A stretch of DNA of 32,000 nucleotides from Campylobacter cuniculorum DSM 23162 = LMG 24588 (lineage in GTDB: Bacteria > Campylobacterota > Campylobacteria > Campylobacterales > Campylobacteraceae). The stretch lies in the NCBI RefSeq assembly GCF_002104335.1, contig NZ_CP020867.1, positions 1,059,206 through 1,091,205 on the forward strand, in the 5' to 3' direction. Position numbers and translations under genes: made by a program. The notes below the pieces were generated by a model, which was given only the letters and a program-made list of their open reading frames with translations, was not told where the DNA came from and did no database searches. Of the stretch, positions 31,817 through 32,000 are shown one piece after another (the first letter of the stretch is position 1; every line of letters begins with the position of its first letter).

Positions 31817-32000
31817 AGAGCTTGAAGGTAAAGATAAAAGCCTTATATCCCATTCTTTTGCGTAATTTAAAATGCCTTGATTTGAAGATGAGATATATTG
31901 TTGATAAAAAGAGCTTTTTTGAAATAATTCGAAAGCTTTTTTGCCGCTAAGGGCTATGGTTTGAATTTTAGCTTGATTTAAAATCAAGGTCAAATCATTG
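31754..32000 (-). CDS. 3' end of an unidentified chromosomal gene (continues beyond the window)
   Basis: Open frame from the window edge to the stop at 31754..31756 (...LSLPSSSSANAKFKDEDLIKEYKKIKH*). No in-frame stop upstream within the window. I cannot assign a family. Confidence 0.5.
   Translation of the reverse strand, partial: NDLTLILNQAKIQTIALSGKKAFELFQKSSFYQQYISSSNQGILNYAKEWDIRLLSLPSSSSANAKFKDEDLIKEYKKIKH

Overview
Low-GC epsilonproteobacterial chromosome segment, Campylobacter-type by gene content and order (species not determinable from this window). It has two parts. (1) nt 1-17,560 is a conserved housekeeping block. It contains an AGCS symporter 5' end, trmL, alr, the LD-carboxypeptidase pgp2, a PCuAC/lipoprotein/SCO1 copper-chaperone operon, cysM, hupB, ciaB, a YciA-type thioesterase, ybdD-like plus cstA, prs, an amino-acid ABC module (two binding proteins and one permease, no ATPase), selD, ridA and the YedE/YedF-type pair known in C. 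jejuni as fdhT/fdhU. (2) nt ~17,650-31,725 is a ~14-kb accessory island with every gene on the plus strand. It is visibly more AT-rich than the core block, and none of its proteins matches a housekeeping family I recognise. The island holds a tandem array of 5' fragments of one toxin-like gene, alternating with small polytopic membrane-protein genes. This array leads into a translationally coupled operon: a 438-aa protein with a permuted-papain (PPPDE/DeSI-like) His...Cys signature, a 454-aa protein with a four-Cys PAAR-like (DUF4280-like) module, a 1152-aa orphan protein, and a 428-aa protein. Downstream come a tandem segmental duplication of the operon's 3' end and three truncated class-3-lipase-like gene fragments interleaved with small membrane proteins. 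The island is circularly permuted. A membrane-protein gene is split exactly at a 13-bp sequence (AAATTGCACTTAA) that occurs at both island ends. Its 5' 379 nt lie at the right end and its 3' 101 nt at the left end. That pattern fits integration of a circular element, yet the island encodes no integrase or transposase. My best reading is an orphan polymorphic toxin/immunity (T6SS-cargo-like) island with unusual architecture. All functional calls inside the island are motif-level inferences and need HMM or structure searches. No rRNA, tRNA, CRISPR array or IS element was seen.
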